Source of the DNA: Chiloscyllium plagiosum
Taxonomy: Eukaryota
Length of the DNA: 20,000 bases
Reading direction: 5' to 3'
Assembly (NCBI RefSeq): GCF_004010195.1
Contig: NC_057755.1
Location: 12,654,133 to 12,674,132, forward strand
Shown: piece by piece, positions 10,271 through 20,000 of the stretch
Numbering within the stretch: position 1 is the first letter of the stretch
Layout of the letters: each line of letters opens with the position of its first letter
The notes under the pieces: model-generated
The model's database searches: none
What the model saw: only the letters and a program-made list of their open reading frames with translations
Told to the model about the DNA's origin: nothing
Made by a program: the position numbers and the translations under genes

Positions 10271-11284
10271 TACAAGATTACGGCTGCTTAGGTGCACAAA
10301 AGCTAGATCAACATTAGATTTGAAATTAGATAGCAAACAGTAATGGGCCTAGCCCCAAAGCCTGAGCCACTCTACTAAACTGACCCGAGCTGTCATTTCC
10401 TCCCAGCTTGATTGCAGACCACTTGTGCCCGGTGAGTTATCAGGTCCTCTCCTTCCTCTACACATACCTCTAACATGGGTACAGTGCCAGAATCTGAGGA
10501 GCTGCTTTTTTAAAAAAAGTCAGTTCAAGTATTGGGATCTCTTCATAAGTGCCGTGTTTCCTTTTTCTCCTGTACTGTGTGTACTGCAGCTGGGCAAGTA
10601 GCAGTTCATCATTATCTAAAAGCTAAACAGAGTTGGGATAAAGGGAGGAAAGCAAGAGTTTCATGGAAATTATTTGCAGCTTGCATATTATGCTGTACAG
10701 CAGGATCATGGGTGCTGTAGTAAAGTAAAATCATTTAGCAAATATGCAGGTACCAAAAGATTAATCAGTACAGTTTCACCTCAGTGATGTGTGATGTCCT
10801 GACTCAGCATCCCATTGTCACTGCATGCCACAACTCTGTCACAGTTGAAGTTATGATGCATGAAAGGTATATGGAGGTACTGTATATGAAACCTGTGGGA
10901 ACTGGGTGTGAGATGAGCAGTATTGAAATATGTATAAGGGTAGTGAGGTGTCTGGATGTTAGATGTGGAACTTGATTGCCACAGATTAATGATGGTGGTG
11001 TGGTGATTGAAAAGCATGAGATTTTGGTTTGGTGACGAGAAGATATCATTGAAAATGTATTTGCTGCAAAAATCATTAAAGCTCCTTGTACCGCTGCTGC
11101 TGGGTACTCAAGGCTACATTCTGAGAATTGACCACTTTCTGCAGCTTCTCTCTTTTCTCTTTTGAGGATGCTGTTGGCAGCTTTCTGACTGACTGCAAAG
11201 TAAGGCCACACCTCTATCCAATCCACCATGGCATCCATGAATCCAAAGGCCGTCTTCCCTACTCTGAATTTAACAACAGTCTCC

Positions 11285-11479
11285 ATGGAGAGAGAGCAAG
11301 CTAACGTTTCAAGTTTAGATGACTCCTCTTCAGAGCTGAAGTGAAGATGAACAGTCATCTAGATTTGAAACATTAGCTTGCCCTCACATCATGTATGCTA
11401 TCTGACCCTCTGTGATCTCCAACATTTGCTGTTTTCAGTGCAGATTCCGGCATCTGCAGTAATTTGCTCCTACATTTTG
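11285..11479. mobile_element. 195-bp fold-back PLE-derived mini-element (family B) with 16-bp TSD
   Basis: TSD tttaacaacagtctcc at 11269-11284 and 11480-11495. Inverted arms 11284-11324 and 11353-11393 (34/41 match). Confidence 0.85.
11299..11337 (-). ncRNA. Minimal type I hammerhead ribozyme motif (family B)
   Basis: Minus strand: AGCU-CUGAAGA-G-GAGU CAUCUAA ACUU-GAAAC-GUU-AGCU; 4-bp stem I and palindromic AACGUU. Confidence 0.7.
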
Positions 11480-12299
11480 TTTAACAACAGTCTCCTCTAA
11501 TTCAGTGCAACTTCACTTTATAAGGGCCAGAGTCCCTTTAAGACAAGCACACTGTCTGAGCCTTGTACTCACTGAATTCTGCTCACTGAACTGATAGGCA
11601 AACAGCAACTTGTACTCCACTGAAATCAACGCTATAATAGAGTAGGGAGGAGGCAACAATAACTTTACTAGCTAGGCCACAAATCACAACTTCAGACCTT
11701 TTTTTAAATTTATTTAACCAAGTGAGAAAGTAACAAGTGAAGGAGTCAATAAGCCCATAATCTGAATGTCAAACAGTGAAAACATCTCACTGTAAGGGAT
11801 AATTCCTTCTGAGTGGTGCAGTCTCAAATGTCAAACCATCTGGGATTTAAACAGCTCCATATCTTTAATATCCCAAAAGCAATTAAACAAGGCTTGTCTG
11901 ATTCAAATAGTTGGCCACTTTGGAAAGTAACTACTTGACTCTCTCACAAATGAATAAAATGTCATCCCTGTTCAAAAGTAGCTGGATCCCTCCCTCCCAC
12001 TGCAGAGAACCAACATAACTTACATTTGTATCAAGTTAAGCTCACGAAGGTTCTGGGTGTTTTGTGCAGGAGGGAGACTCCTTAAAAGTTAAGGAATAGT
12101 GCAGTTCTTTCAGCGAATTAATTCTATCAGTTGTGCTTCTGTTCTTTTGGAAACATTGATACAAAGTTATAAATAATGTCAGTAAGCAGGGCAAATCTTT
12201 GTGGGTCACACAAGCATAATCTCTCGAACTGATCTCCGTCCTGAACAATTAGTAACAGAAACATTGAGTGATCATAACTACGCTGACAGAAGTCAGTTA

Positions 12300-12370
12300 A
12301 AGTAGCAGGAATTGAATCTGGGACCTGTACTTGACAGCTCATTGCCCAACTGAGGCACAGGGCAGCTGTA
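12300..12370 (-). mobile_element. Degenerate tRNA-derived SINE head
   Basis: Minus strand TGCCTCAGTTGG (A-box-like) and GTCCCAGATTCAATTCC (B-box-like) at tRNA-like spacing. Confidence 0.35.
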
Positions 12371-12466
12371 AATGTTTTTCTTACCATCGTGTTTGTAAAA
12401 TTATGATGGTTACATTCTTTTGTGTGCAGAAGTGATCTATCTTGATCTCTTTGTGATCTCTTACAG

Positions 12467-12771
12467 ATTTGCCAGGCGCCTCCAGAAAACCGTGAGACGG
12501 CTAGTCCCCGACTGTGAGGTCCGGTTTCTCCTTTCGGAAAGTGGCAGTGGAAAAGGTGCTGCCATGGTCACTGCAGTGGCCGCAAGGCTTGTTTCACAAC
12601 GCAAAGAAATAGATGAAACACTTGCATCGTTCACACTCACGCAAGAGCAGCTGTTTGAGGTGAAGAAGAGAATGAGAATGGAGATGGAGCTTGGTTTAAA
12701 GAAGAAATCTCATGATACTGCAACAGTGAAAATGTTGCCAACCTTTGTTCGCAGCACCCCCGATGGAACAG
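12467..12771 (+). CDS. HK1: Hexokinase coding exon (equivalent to HK1 exon 10; inter-domain linker helix)
   Basis: Acceptor ctcttacAG at 12465-12466 and donor AG|GTACCC at 12772. 305 bp, in frame with the previous exon (CA|A = Gln). Encodes [41 protein letters not shown]...[15 protein letters not shown]. Confidence 0.93.
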
Positions 12772-13064
12772 GTACCCAAGTTATACTTAAAATCTTAGCC
12801 TGTGTACTTTATTATTAACAGTCCAACAGTCACTCTGTGTTTACCTCGGCCTAACAAAGTAAAACATCCCAAGACACTTCACATGGGAATTGTAAAGCAA
12901 TTGGGAAACGCTATAGGTTTTAAGGAACATCTTTAAAAAGGAAACAGAAGCAGCGAGGTTTAGGGAGGAAATTCTAGAGTTTAGGGCTTTTGTAGTTTAA
13001 GGCATGGCCACTAATTGTTCAGGGATTAAACTTTCAGATTTTTGGAACTTTCAAAGTAAGATTT

Positions 13065-13715
13065 AATGTGCACATATACCAGTCCCTTAAGGTATCAGGC
13101 CAGATGGATAAAGTGATTAAGAAGGTTTGAGGTATTTATTAGTCGTGGCATAGATTTTGAGAGCAGGGAGGTAGTTGCTGGAACTATATATTAAAAAAAA
13201 AAGTACTGAGTGCAGTTCTGGAATCCACATTATAGAAGTGGTGTGATAGCATTGGAGAGGGGGCAGAGGAGATTTACCAGGATTTTGCCAGGACTGCAGG
13301 GTTTCAGTTGTGTAAAGAAATTGGACAGACTGGGGTATTTTTCCCTACAGCAGAGGAGATTAAGAGGAGGCAGAATTGAGATATATAAAATTATGAGGGG
13401 CATGGATAGGGTAGACAGAAACTTTCTCCATGGAGAGATCAATGGCCAGAGCATAGATATAAGGTAAGAGGCTGAATGTTTCGAGGAGAGGTGAGGAAAA
13501 TCTTTTTCACTCATGGGTGATGTGGATCGGAACTCACTGCCTATTGAGGATGGTGGAGGCAACAACTCTCAACATTTAAGAAGTATTTAGATGTGCCAAG
13601 ACAAACAATACAATGGGCCAAGTGCTGGAAAATGGGATTAGAATAGATAGGTGGTTATTTTTATTCCGCATGGACGTGATAATCTGAAAGCCCTTTTTCT
13701 GTGCTGTGGACCCCT
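13065..13715 (+). mobile_element. CR1-clade LINE 3' fragment
   Basis: VQFWNPHYRSGVIALERGQRRFTRILPGL...LDRLGYFSLQQRRLRGGRIEIYKIMRGMDRVD; ends ttctgtgctgtggacccctatg. Confidence 0.88.
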
Positions 13716-14259
13716 ATGCTGGAGAGAAAAAGATGGGGAGGAATGAAGCTGTGAAAAGACTTAAGAATAAGTATGAGAATTTTAAAGTAGAGGCATTGTT
13801 TAACTGGGAGTCGGTATAGATCAAAGAAAATGGGTGAGCATGATTTGATGAGCGTTCGAACACGCACAATAGAGGTTTGCTTGTCGTCAGGGTGCCAAAG
13901 GGTGGGATGTGGGAAACCAGCCAGGAATATGTTGGAACAGTCAAGTTTAGAGATTGAGAAGGTACAAGTGAGGATTTCAACAGCAGATGCAATGTGGCAG
14001 CAAAGTAGTCAGGTGATCTTACACAGGTGGACATAGTTGGTCTAGATGATGTAAATATGTGATTGGAAGTACATCTTGGGCTGAGATTAGCCTCAGACGT
14101 TCGACAGGGTGAGAGAGAGAGAGAATTGTTGACTGGGCAATGAATTTTAGGACAGGGATCAAAGAAACTTCTGGTTCAGTTCTGGACATCAGGAAATTAT
14201 TCTGGAAGTTTAAAGAGAGGAACAGTTGAGAGGTGGTGATGTCAGCCTGTGTGGATGAT

Positions 14260-14456
14260 GTTAAAAATCACACAACACCAAGTTATAGTCCAACAGGTTT
14301 AATTGCAAGCACACTAGCTTTCAGAGCAACACTCCTTCATCAGGTGCGTCGCTCCGAAAGCTAGTGTGCTTCCAATTAAACCTGTTAGACTATAACCTGG
14401 TGTTGTGTGATTTTTAACTTTGTACACCCCAGTCCAACACCGGCATCTCCAAATCA
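14260..14456. mobile_element. 197-bp fold-back PLE-derived mini-element (family C) with 12-bp TSD
   Basis: TSD tgtgtggatgat at 14248-14259 and 14457-14468. 68-bp inverted arms 14260-14327 and 14351-14418 (64/68 match). Confidence 0.9.
14312..14346 (-). ncRNA. Minimal type I hammerhead ribozyme motif (family C)
   Basis: Minus strand: CAC-CUGAUGA-A-GGAGU GUU GCUCU-GAAAG-CUA-GUG; stem I CAC/GUG and palindromic AGCU. Confidence 0.75.
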
Positions 14457-14689
14457 TGTGTGGATGATAACATCAAGTTTTGGGCCTCTTTGCTGAGAGG
14501 CAGCATGTAAATGAGAAATAGAGCTCCAAGAATAGATCCGTGAGGGAAATCAGAAGTATGGGAACGAGAGGAGCAACCACATAACCAATTACAAACTTGT
14601 AAGGTATTCTTGGGTCACATCCAAAGAAGTTCCATAATTCTCCAAAGAAATACACTTAGTTCAAAACTAGTCTTACCACGTATGCTTTG

Positions 14690-16560
14690 CCTACTTCAGT
14701 CCTGGGCTCCAAAAATCCAGCTTGAGCTGAGGCACCTGATGACTTGAATGCCTGACTGCCACTGTGACCCTAATGTGCATGAGAAAAAGTCAGCAGGCAT
14801 TTGGAATGGTTTGAGTTTAATAAGGAGTTCATTTACCTTATGTTGTGTACTAAGTGCATTTAAATACAATATCCTCAGTCCTACATTGACCATACCCCTT
14901 TTGCTTTCCCTTCGCCTTTTCGTAGTTGTCCCCTTATTGCTGTACCTGAAGTTAGATTGCTGATCCTTTCCATTATCTGTCCAATTACTTGTTCTGCAAA
15001 TCTTAATAACCTCTCCTGAGCCTCCAACTAATTTAAAGTCTTTGTGACTTCAATTTGTACCATTGGTTTGTTTCATTTATAATGAATGCTTCATGCATTA
15101 AGATATAAAGACTTTAAGTCTGCTTGTTTGATTATCACATTTCCCCATACTTTTATGGTTCCTTTGCAGAAGATTAGATACCCTACAGCGTGGAAACAGG
15201 CCCTTCGGCCCAACCAGTCCACACCGGCCCTCCGACGAGTAACTCACCCAGACCCATTTCCCTCTGACTAATGCACCTAACACTATGGACAATTTAGCAT
15301 GGCCGATTCACCTGACCTGCACATCTTTAGACTGTGGGAGGAAACCGGAGCACCCGGAGGAAACCCACGCAGGCACGGGGAAAATGTGCAAACTCCACAC
15401 AGTCGCCCAAGGTTGGATTTGAACCTGGGACCCTGGTGCTGTGAGGCAGCAGGGCTAACCACTGAGCCACCATGCCACCCTGATGACATACATATAGTCT
15501 GTACCTTTTATTTTATGGTAACTATCAGTCCCATGACTAACCAGTAGTTCAACCTTATCTTTTATGTTTGGTTTTACAATTTTCATGGGAGTGAACAGCG
15601 CCCCCCCCCCCCATGTTCTTCACTATTTACTTTAAAGTGCTCTCTCCAACCCACTGTTATGCAATTTGCCAGGATTCTGATCCAAGAATGATTCCGATGG
15701 ATCCTGTCCCATCAGAACAGTTCCTTCCTTCCTCAGTACTAGTGCCCATGTCCTGTGAATTCAAACCCGTTTTTCCCACTCCAATCTTTGAGCAACATAT
15801 TTGCCTCCCTAATCTTGTTACCATGTCAATTAACAGATGGCTTAGATAGTAATTTGGCGATTATATCCTTTTTGATTCTGCTTTTTAATGTTGCCTCTCA
15901 CTGTTTATATTTCCTCAGCATAACCTGTTTCCTCTTTCTACCTCTATTATTGGTACCTTCATGGACCAAGACAACAGGACCTTTCCGTTTGCACTCCAAA
16001 TTCCTCTAAAGCCCAGATGTGATGCCTTGATCCTGGGAACCAGGCAGGCAACACTGCCTTCAGACTCTTAATCCTGGCCGCACAACGATTCTGATTAGAG
16101 TTAGATTTCTCGTTTCTACCTCCTCTTGAATGCCTCCCTATACCATGGTGCTGTGGTCAGTTTGCTCATCCTCTCTACAGCTCGACTGTCATGCAAACGG
16201 GGAGCAGGCATCTGAAGTCTGTTAGACAAATTCAAGGGCTGAGACACCTTTAGCACTACCCCCCCCTACGTTCCTTACCTGCCTCACTTATAGTCACACC
16301 CTCCTGTCGCTGACCACTGACAGATTTCGGGGTTGTTGATCGAAGAGGTGTGACCACTTCCTGAAGCATAGCATCCAGGTAACTTTTCCCTTCTTGTGGT
16401 GTTCAAAGCTCAGACTCCAGCTCATCAGCTCTGAGGTGGAGTTCCTCATGCAACCAATATTTGCTGCTGATGTGTTCACTATGAACTACAGTGGGGTCCA
16501 CTAGCTCTCACATTGATCTTATTTATTAGTTCTTAGTTTGTTTTTTTTTAAATTTCCTAC
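14690..16560 (-). mobile_element. CR1 5' region (ORF1 esterase-type plus start of ORF2 endonuclease), decayed, interrupted by a SINE
   Basis: Minus-strand motifs HISSKYWLHEELHLRADELESEL (about 16410-16475), CCLPG (about 16040), PVVLVHEGTNN (about 15945-15980) and LRILYLNALSTQHKVNEL (about 14825-14880). Confidence 0.7.
15172..15480 (-). mobile_element. Full-length tRNA-derived SINE (HE1/V-SINE type)
   Basis: Minus strand GGGTGGCATGGTGGCTCAGTGGTTAGC, B box GGTTCAAATCC, V-domain TGTGTGGAGTTTGCACA...CCGGGTGCTCCGGTTTCCTCCCACAGTC, and a CR1-like tail GGGCCGAAGGGCCTGTTTCC. Confidence 0.92.
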
Positions 16561-18603
16561 TGATCTTTTAGTTTTTAATTGGTAAATATTTCTCCTATTT
16601 ACCTTCAATCTAGCCTATAGCAGAAAGTCGAAGTAGTAGCCATTGCTAACCAATGATCTTATGATTCTCCTGTGATATCACTTTATTTTGTGCTGGGCCC
16701 TGATCTTGGGCTTCAATCTATCTTGTTTAAGGTAAACCTTACAAATTATGAGCCAAACAAAGCAAGCAGAAAACACCTGTTCATCTCTGCACCGAATTCC
16801 TATGCTGCAGCTAAAGTTCCCAAACTATTTCCTGGCATAGGCTGTGTCTCACCCTGGATGGGATCGCTCCTTCCTAACTATGTGAAGTTTCCTGATCATG
16901 CACTTTCAAAAGGCCCTCTCCTATGTAGAGCTGAGGTGAGCTTGGACAACTCTCACTGATTAAGCTTCAAGAGCAATTAGTACCTATTGAGGCCCCATTC
17001 AAATCTGAGGTGTTTGACTGATAACTGTCCCTCCGTCAAGTTACTCAGCGACTTTATTAGTGTTTGAGCTAGACTACTGAATCTTAAATGTTTAAAATTG
17101 AGAAAGAAAGTAAAGCTTTACTACTCCCACACTGCCTCCAAAGAAAGTTCAAAACTTGTATGGTGCATATGTGCATCCTCTCAACCTAGTCCTAATGGTC
17201 TGGATGGTTGTGGCCACATCATGGAATTCAGTTCTCTTTATATAAAAAAAACTCACCAGCAAGGGGCACACCTCTAAGGGAAAGCTGTTAAGCATTTTTT
17301 TTCTACATTTGATATATTCCATTTAACTATACCTGAGGTAAGTCATTCCTTTTGATGCTTGTGGACTACTCCTGTTTCAGTACTGATTTCAGTCCAATGT
17401 AAGGAATGGTGTCATTGTAACTATCATGGAAACTCTGAATTTTCACAACTTAATTTTCAGAGGGCTTCTTTAACTTTACTGAAACCATGGAACTTGTTAA
17501 TCTTTTCTTTAACTGTGCCTATGGTCTTATACCTTAGCCCACGCCTTCTGGCACCTGGGTGACAAACATAGCTTTGTCTCACCGCGTAGGGATAGTACAG
17601 TTGGGGAAACACTCAACTACATTCCCAAGGTTACCTCCCTTGTCTTACAGTCCCAGCTGCTGTTTCTTCACAGGTTTCCGCTTGGTATGTTTTGATTTTT
17701 GCTAAATGAAGGGAGAAGTCCATTTCATGATTGGCTTCAATATCCATAACTGGTTTGTCCAGTAAGACTCTGGGTCTACCCACAGCTTTCTCCTCACATT
17801 ACGTGTAATGGGCACATTGCATTCCTGCTGGAAATTATTTTTACCCCGCTGGTTTTTAAAAAATCAATTCCTGTAGCTCTTTATTTTCCATATGACTAAG
17901 AACCGACCCAATCAGCTTAAACCCTCGTGTCTGTATTGTTCTGAAGTTTGTGGAGTTCACTTGTGATTTCCTGCTAAAACCTCTGGTTTCTGAGTTGGCT
18001 GTGACAGTGAGACCACTGCGATAGTTATTTCTGATAACACCAATTGAATGCAGCAATAAGTAGGTATGAAGACATATGCAGTTTGATGTCTTGTATTTTT
18101 AAAATGCCTGACACTGAAATAAATATGATGGTGTTGGTTCCACCAAAATGGGTTCCTACTTCAGGAGCAGCTCCAGAGCAGCTGAAGGGTGTTTCAGTGT
18201 TTACGAGAGGGCAGGAAGCAAGCACCAGAGTGATTTGAAATAATGCTGTGTCAGATGTCACAGGTTTACACGATGGCACTTCCACGTTTTCTAATGAACT
18301 CCTGAACACAAATTTTAAAAGAACAACCATGTACCATCTCCCTCTGTCACACTTTCCCAGGGTGCCTTCAAACCGTTGCACTTTCCAATTTTCTGGAGTC
18401 ACACATAGATCGGATCTGCAGATTTTCTTCCCTAAAGGATATTGACAATTACCATACGCCATCATCTCCCTTAATAGTGTGGGTACTTAGAATCATTGAA
18501 TATTATAATGAGTACCAATCCAAAATAATAACCAAAGAAATACTAAGGTTATTTTTTAACATTAATAGTACGATAGCAAGGATCAAAAGTATTTATTGTT
18601 TAA

Positions 18604-18795
<192 letters not shown>

Positions 18796-18912
18796 TAGTG
18801 TGTTGCAGTCGGTGCATCAACAATTAATAGATAGTAAGAGGTGGTTGGGAGCAATTAGGAATCAAACAGCTGGTTTACACAAAGTAAGGGCATATCTGAG
18901 ATATTAAAGAGC

Positions 18913-19645
18913 AAAAGAACACAGGAACAGGGCCTTCAATCACCAAGTCTGTGCTGATGCACAATGCCTTTCTAAGCTAAAATCTTTTTTTCCTCTACAT
19001 GATCTGTATTTGTCTATTCCCTGCCAACCAAGACGCCTCTTAAACATTGCTATTGTATCTACTCCTCCCACCTCCTCTGGTCATGCATTCCAGGCACTTA
19101 CCATCCTCTGTGTAAAAGAATACTTGTGTCTCACATCTTTCTCCTTTTTACCTTAAACCTGCTAATTAATATTTCTATCCTGGGTAACAGACTCCGATTA
19201 TCCATTCTATCCATGCCTCTTATAACTTTGTAAACTTAATCAGGTCACCCCTCAGCCTCCTACGTTCAAATCCAAACAAACCAGGTTTGTCCAATCTCTC
19301 CTCATAGCTTATACCCTCCAATCTTGGTAACATCCTGGTAAACCTTTTCTTTACCCTTTCCAAAGCCTCTGCACTCTTCTGGTAGTTTGGCAACCAAAAC
19401 TGTACACACTATTCCAAATGTGGCCTAACTCAAGTTCTGTACAGCTGCAATATGACTTTCTGATCTTTACCCTGTAAGCCCTGACTGATGAAGGCAACCA
19501 TGCCTCACCTTGACCACCATCTCCACTTTCAGGGAACTGTGGATTTGTATGCATAGATTCCTCTATATGTTAATGCATCTAAGGGTTCTATCATTTGCTG
19601 TGTACTTCCCTCCTGTATTAGATCTTCCAAAATGTATCACCTTAT
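18913..19645 (-). mobile_element. CR1-clade LINE 3' fragment
   Basis: Antisense to VRPHLE*CVQFWLPNYQKSAEALERV...FTRMLPRLEGISYEERLDKPGLF; homologous to 9135-9636 and 13065-13715. Confidence 0.85.
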
Positions 19646-19679
19646 CTTTATATTGATGAAATCAATAGTTCATATTTGT

Positions 19680-19772
19680 CTTAGAATCATATAGCATGGA
19701 AACAGACCTTCAGCCCATGCTGAACATAATCCCAAACTAAACTTAGTCCCACCTGCCTGATCCAGGACCATA
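19680..19772 (-). mobile_element. CR1/SINE-type 3' tail fragment interrupted by the PLE copy
   Basis: agaatcatatagcatggaaacagaccttcagccc resembles the reverse-complement tails at 15172 and 18913. Confidence 0.55.
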
Positions 19773-20000
19773 AGGTAAAAACAATGACATGTAGATGCTG
19801 GAAACCAGATTCTGGATCAGTGGTGCTGGAAGAGCACAGCAATTCAGGCAGCATCCAAGGACAGGCAAAATCGACGTTTCGGGCAAAAGCCCTTCATCAG
19901 GAATAAAGGCAGAGAGCCTGAAGCGTGGAGAGATAAGCTAGAGGAGGGTGGGAGTGGGGATAGAGTAGCATAGAGTACAATAGGTCAGTGGGGGAGGAGA
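19773..20000 (-). mobile_element. Penelope-like element 3' end (family A), runs off the window
   Basis: Reverse complement of 19811-20000 aligns ungapped to 10081-10270 with 13 mismatches in 190 bp (manual count). Confidence 0.9.
19870..19903 (-). ncRNA. Minimal hammerhead motif (family A, second copy)
   Basis: Identical to 10178-10211 across the core. Confidence 0.7.

Larger units (their letters stand above)
12860..14570 (-). mobile_element. Old L2-clade LINE 3' part, in pieces (about 12860-13030, 13716-14247, 14469-14570)
   Basis: SPIFFDLYRLPVKQCLYFKILILILKSFHSFIPPHL is a decayed L2 motif (TPVL..LHWLPV..RI.FKIL...K.LHG.AP.YL); interrupted by a CR1 and a mini-element. Outer boundaries approximate. 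Confidence 0.7.

Noticed and set aside
9730..10330. Flanks of PLE copy A resemble the antisense 3' tail of another LINE (Rex/Babar-like)
   Set aside because: Too short and without coding motifs to classify.
10804..11358. 184-aa minus-strand ORF as a real gene
   Set aside because: It starts inside the TSD-flanked mini-element and runs across its boundary, so it is a composite open frame.
14260..14418. Hairpin as a MITE, terminator or CRISPR-like repeat
   Set aside because: Eukaryotic context, asymmetric tail, 12-bp TSD and hammerhead core point to a PLE origin.
15601..15612. C12 homopolymer
   Set aside because: Simple slippage run inside a decayed CR1.
18390..18446. Short segment (ggagtcacac...cagattttcttccctaaagga) resembling a common shark repeat
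   Set aside because: Too short to assign without a library.
19486..19500. CTGATGAAGG as a further hammerhead
   Set aside because: No stem II or GAAA follows; it is antisense CR1 coding sequence.

Overview
Eukaryotic, repeat-dense window, inferred to come from an elasmobranch (shark) because of its HE1/V-SINE-type SINEs and CR1, L2, L1 and Penelope content. It holds three internal coding exons of a 100-kDa hexokinase on the + strand: 621-854, 12467-12771 and 18623-18771 (234, 305 and 149 bp, matching my recollection of HK1 exons 9-11). The protein is HK1-like but has many HKDC1-type residues. Most intronic sequence is transposon-derived. It includes a decayed antisense L1 with both ends present (about 948-6647; TSD, TTT/AAA target site, YY1-type 5' motif), several CR1 and L2 fragments, three tRNA-derived SINEs and Penelope-like (PLE) pieces. 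The most notable signal is a set of minimal type I hammerhead-ribozyme motifs from three PLE-related families. Two sit in about 195-bp non-coding fold-back mini-elements with perfect 12-bp and 16-bp TSDs, and all three families keep a palindromic, loop-less stem III and share a CCRGCATCT 3' motif. Family names and reference-protein comparisons are from memory, not database searches.
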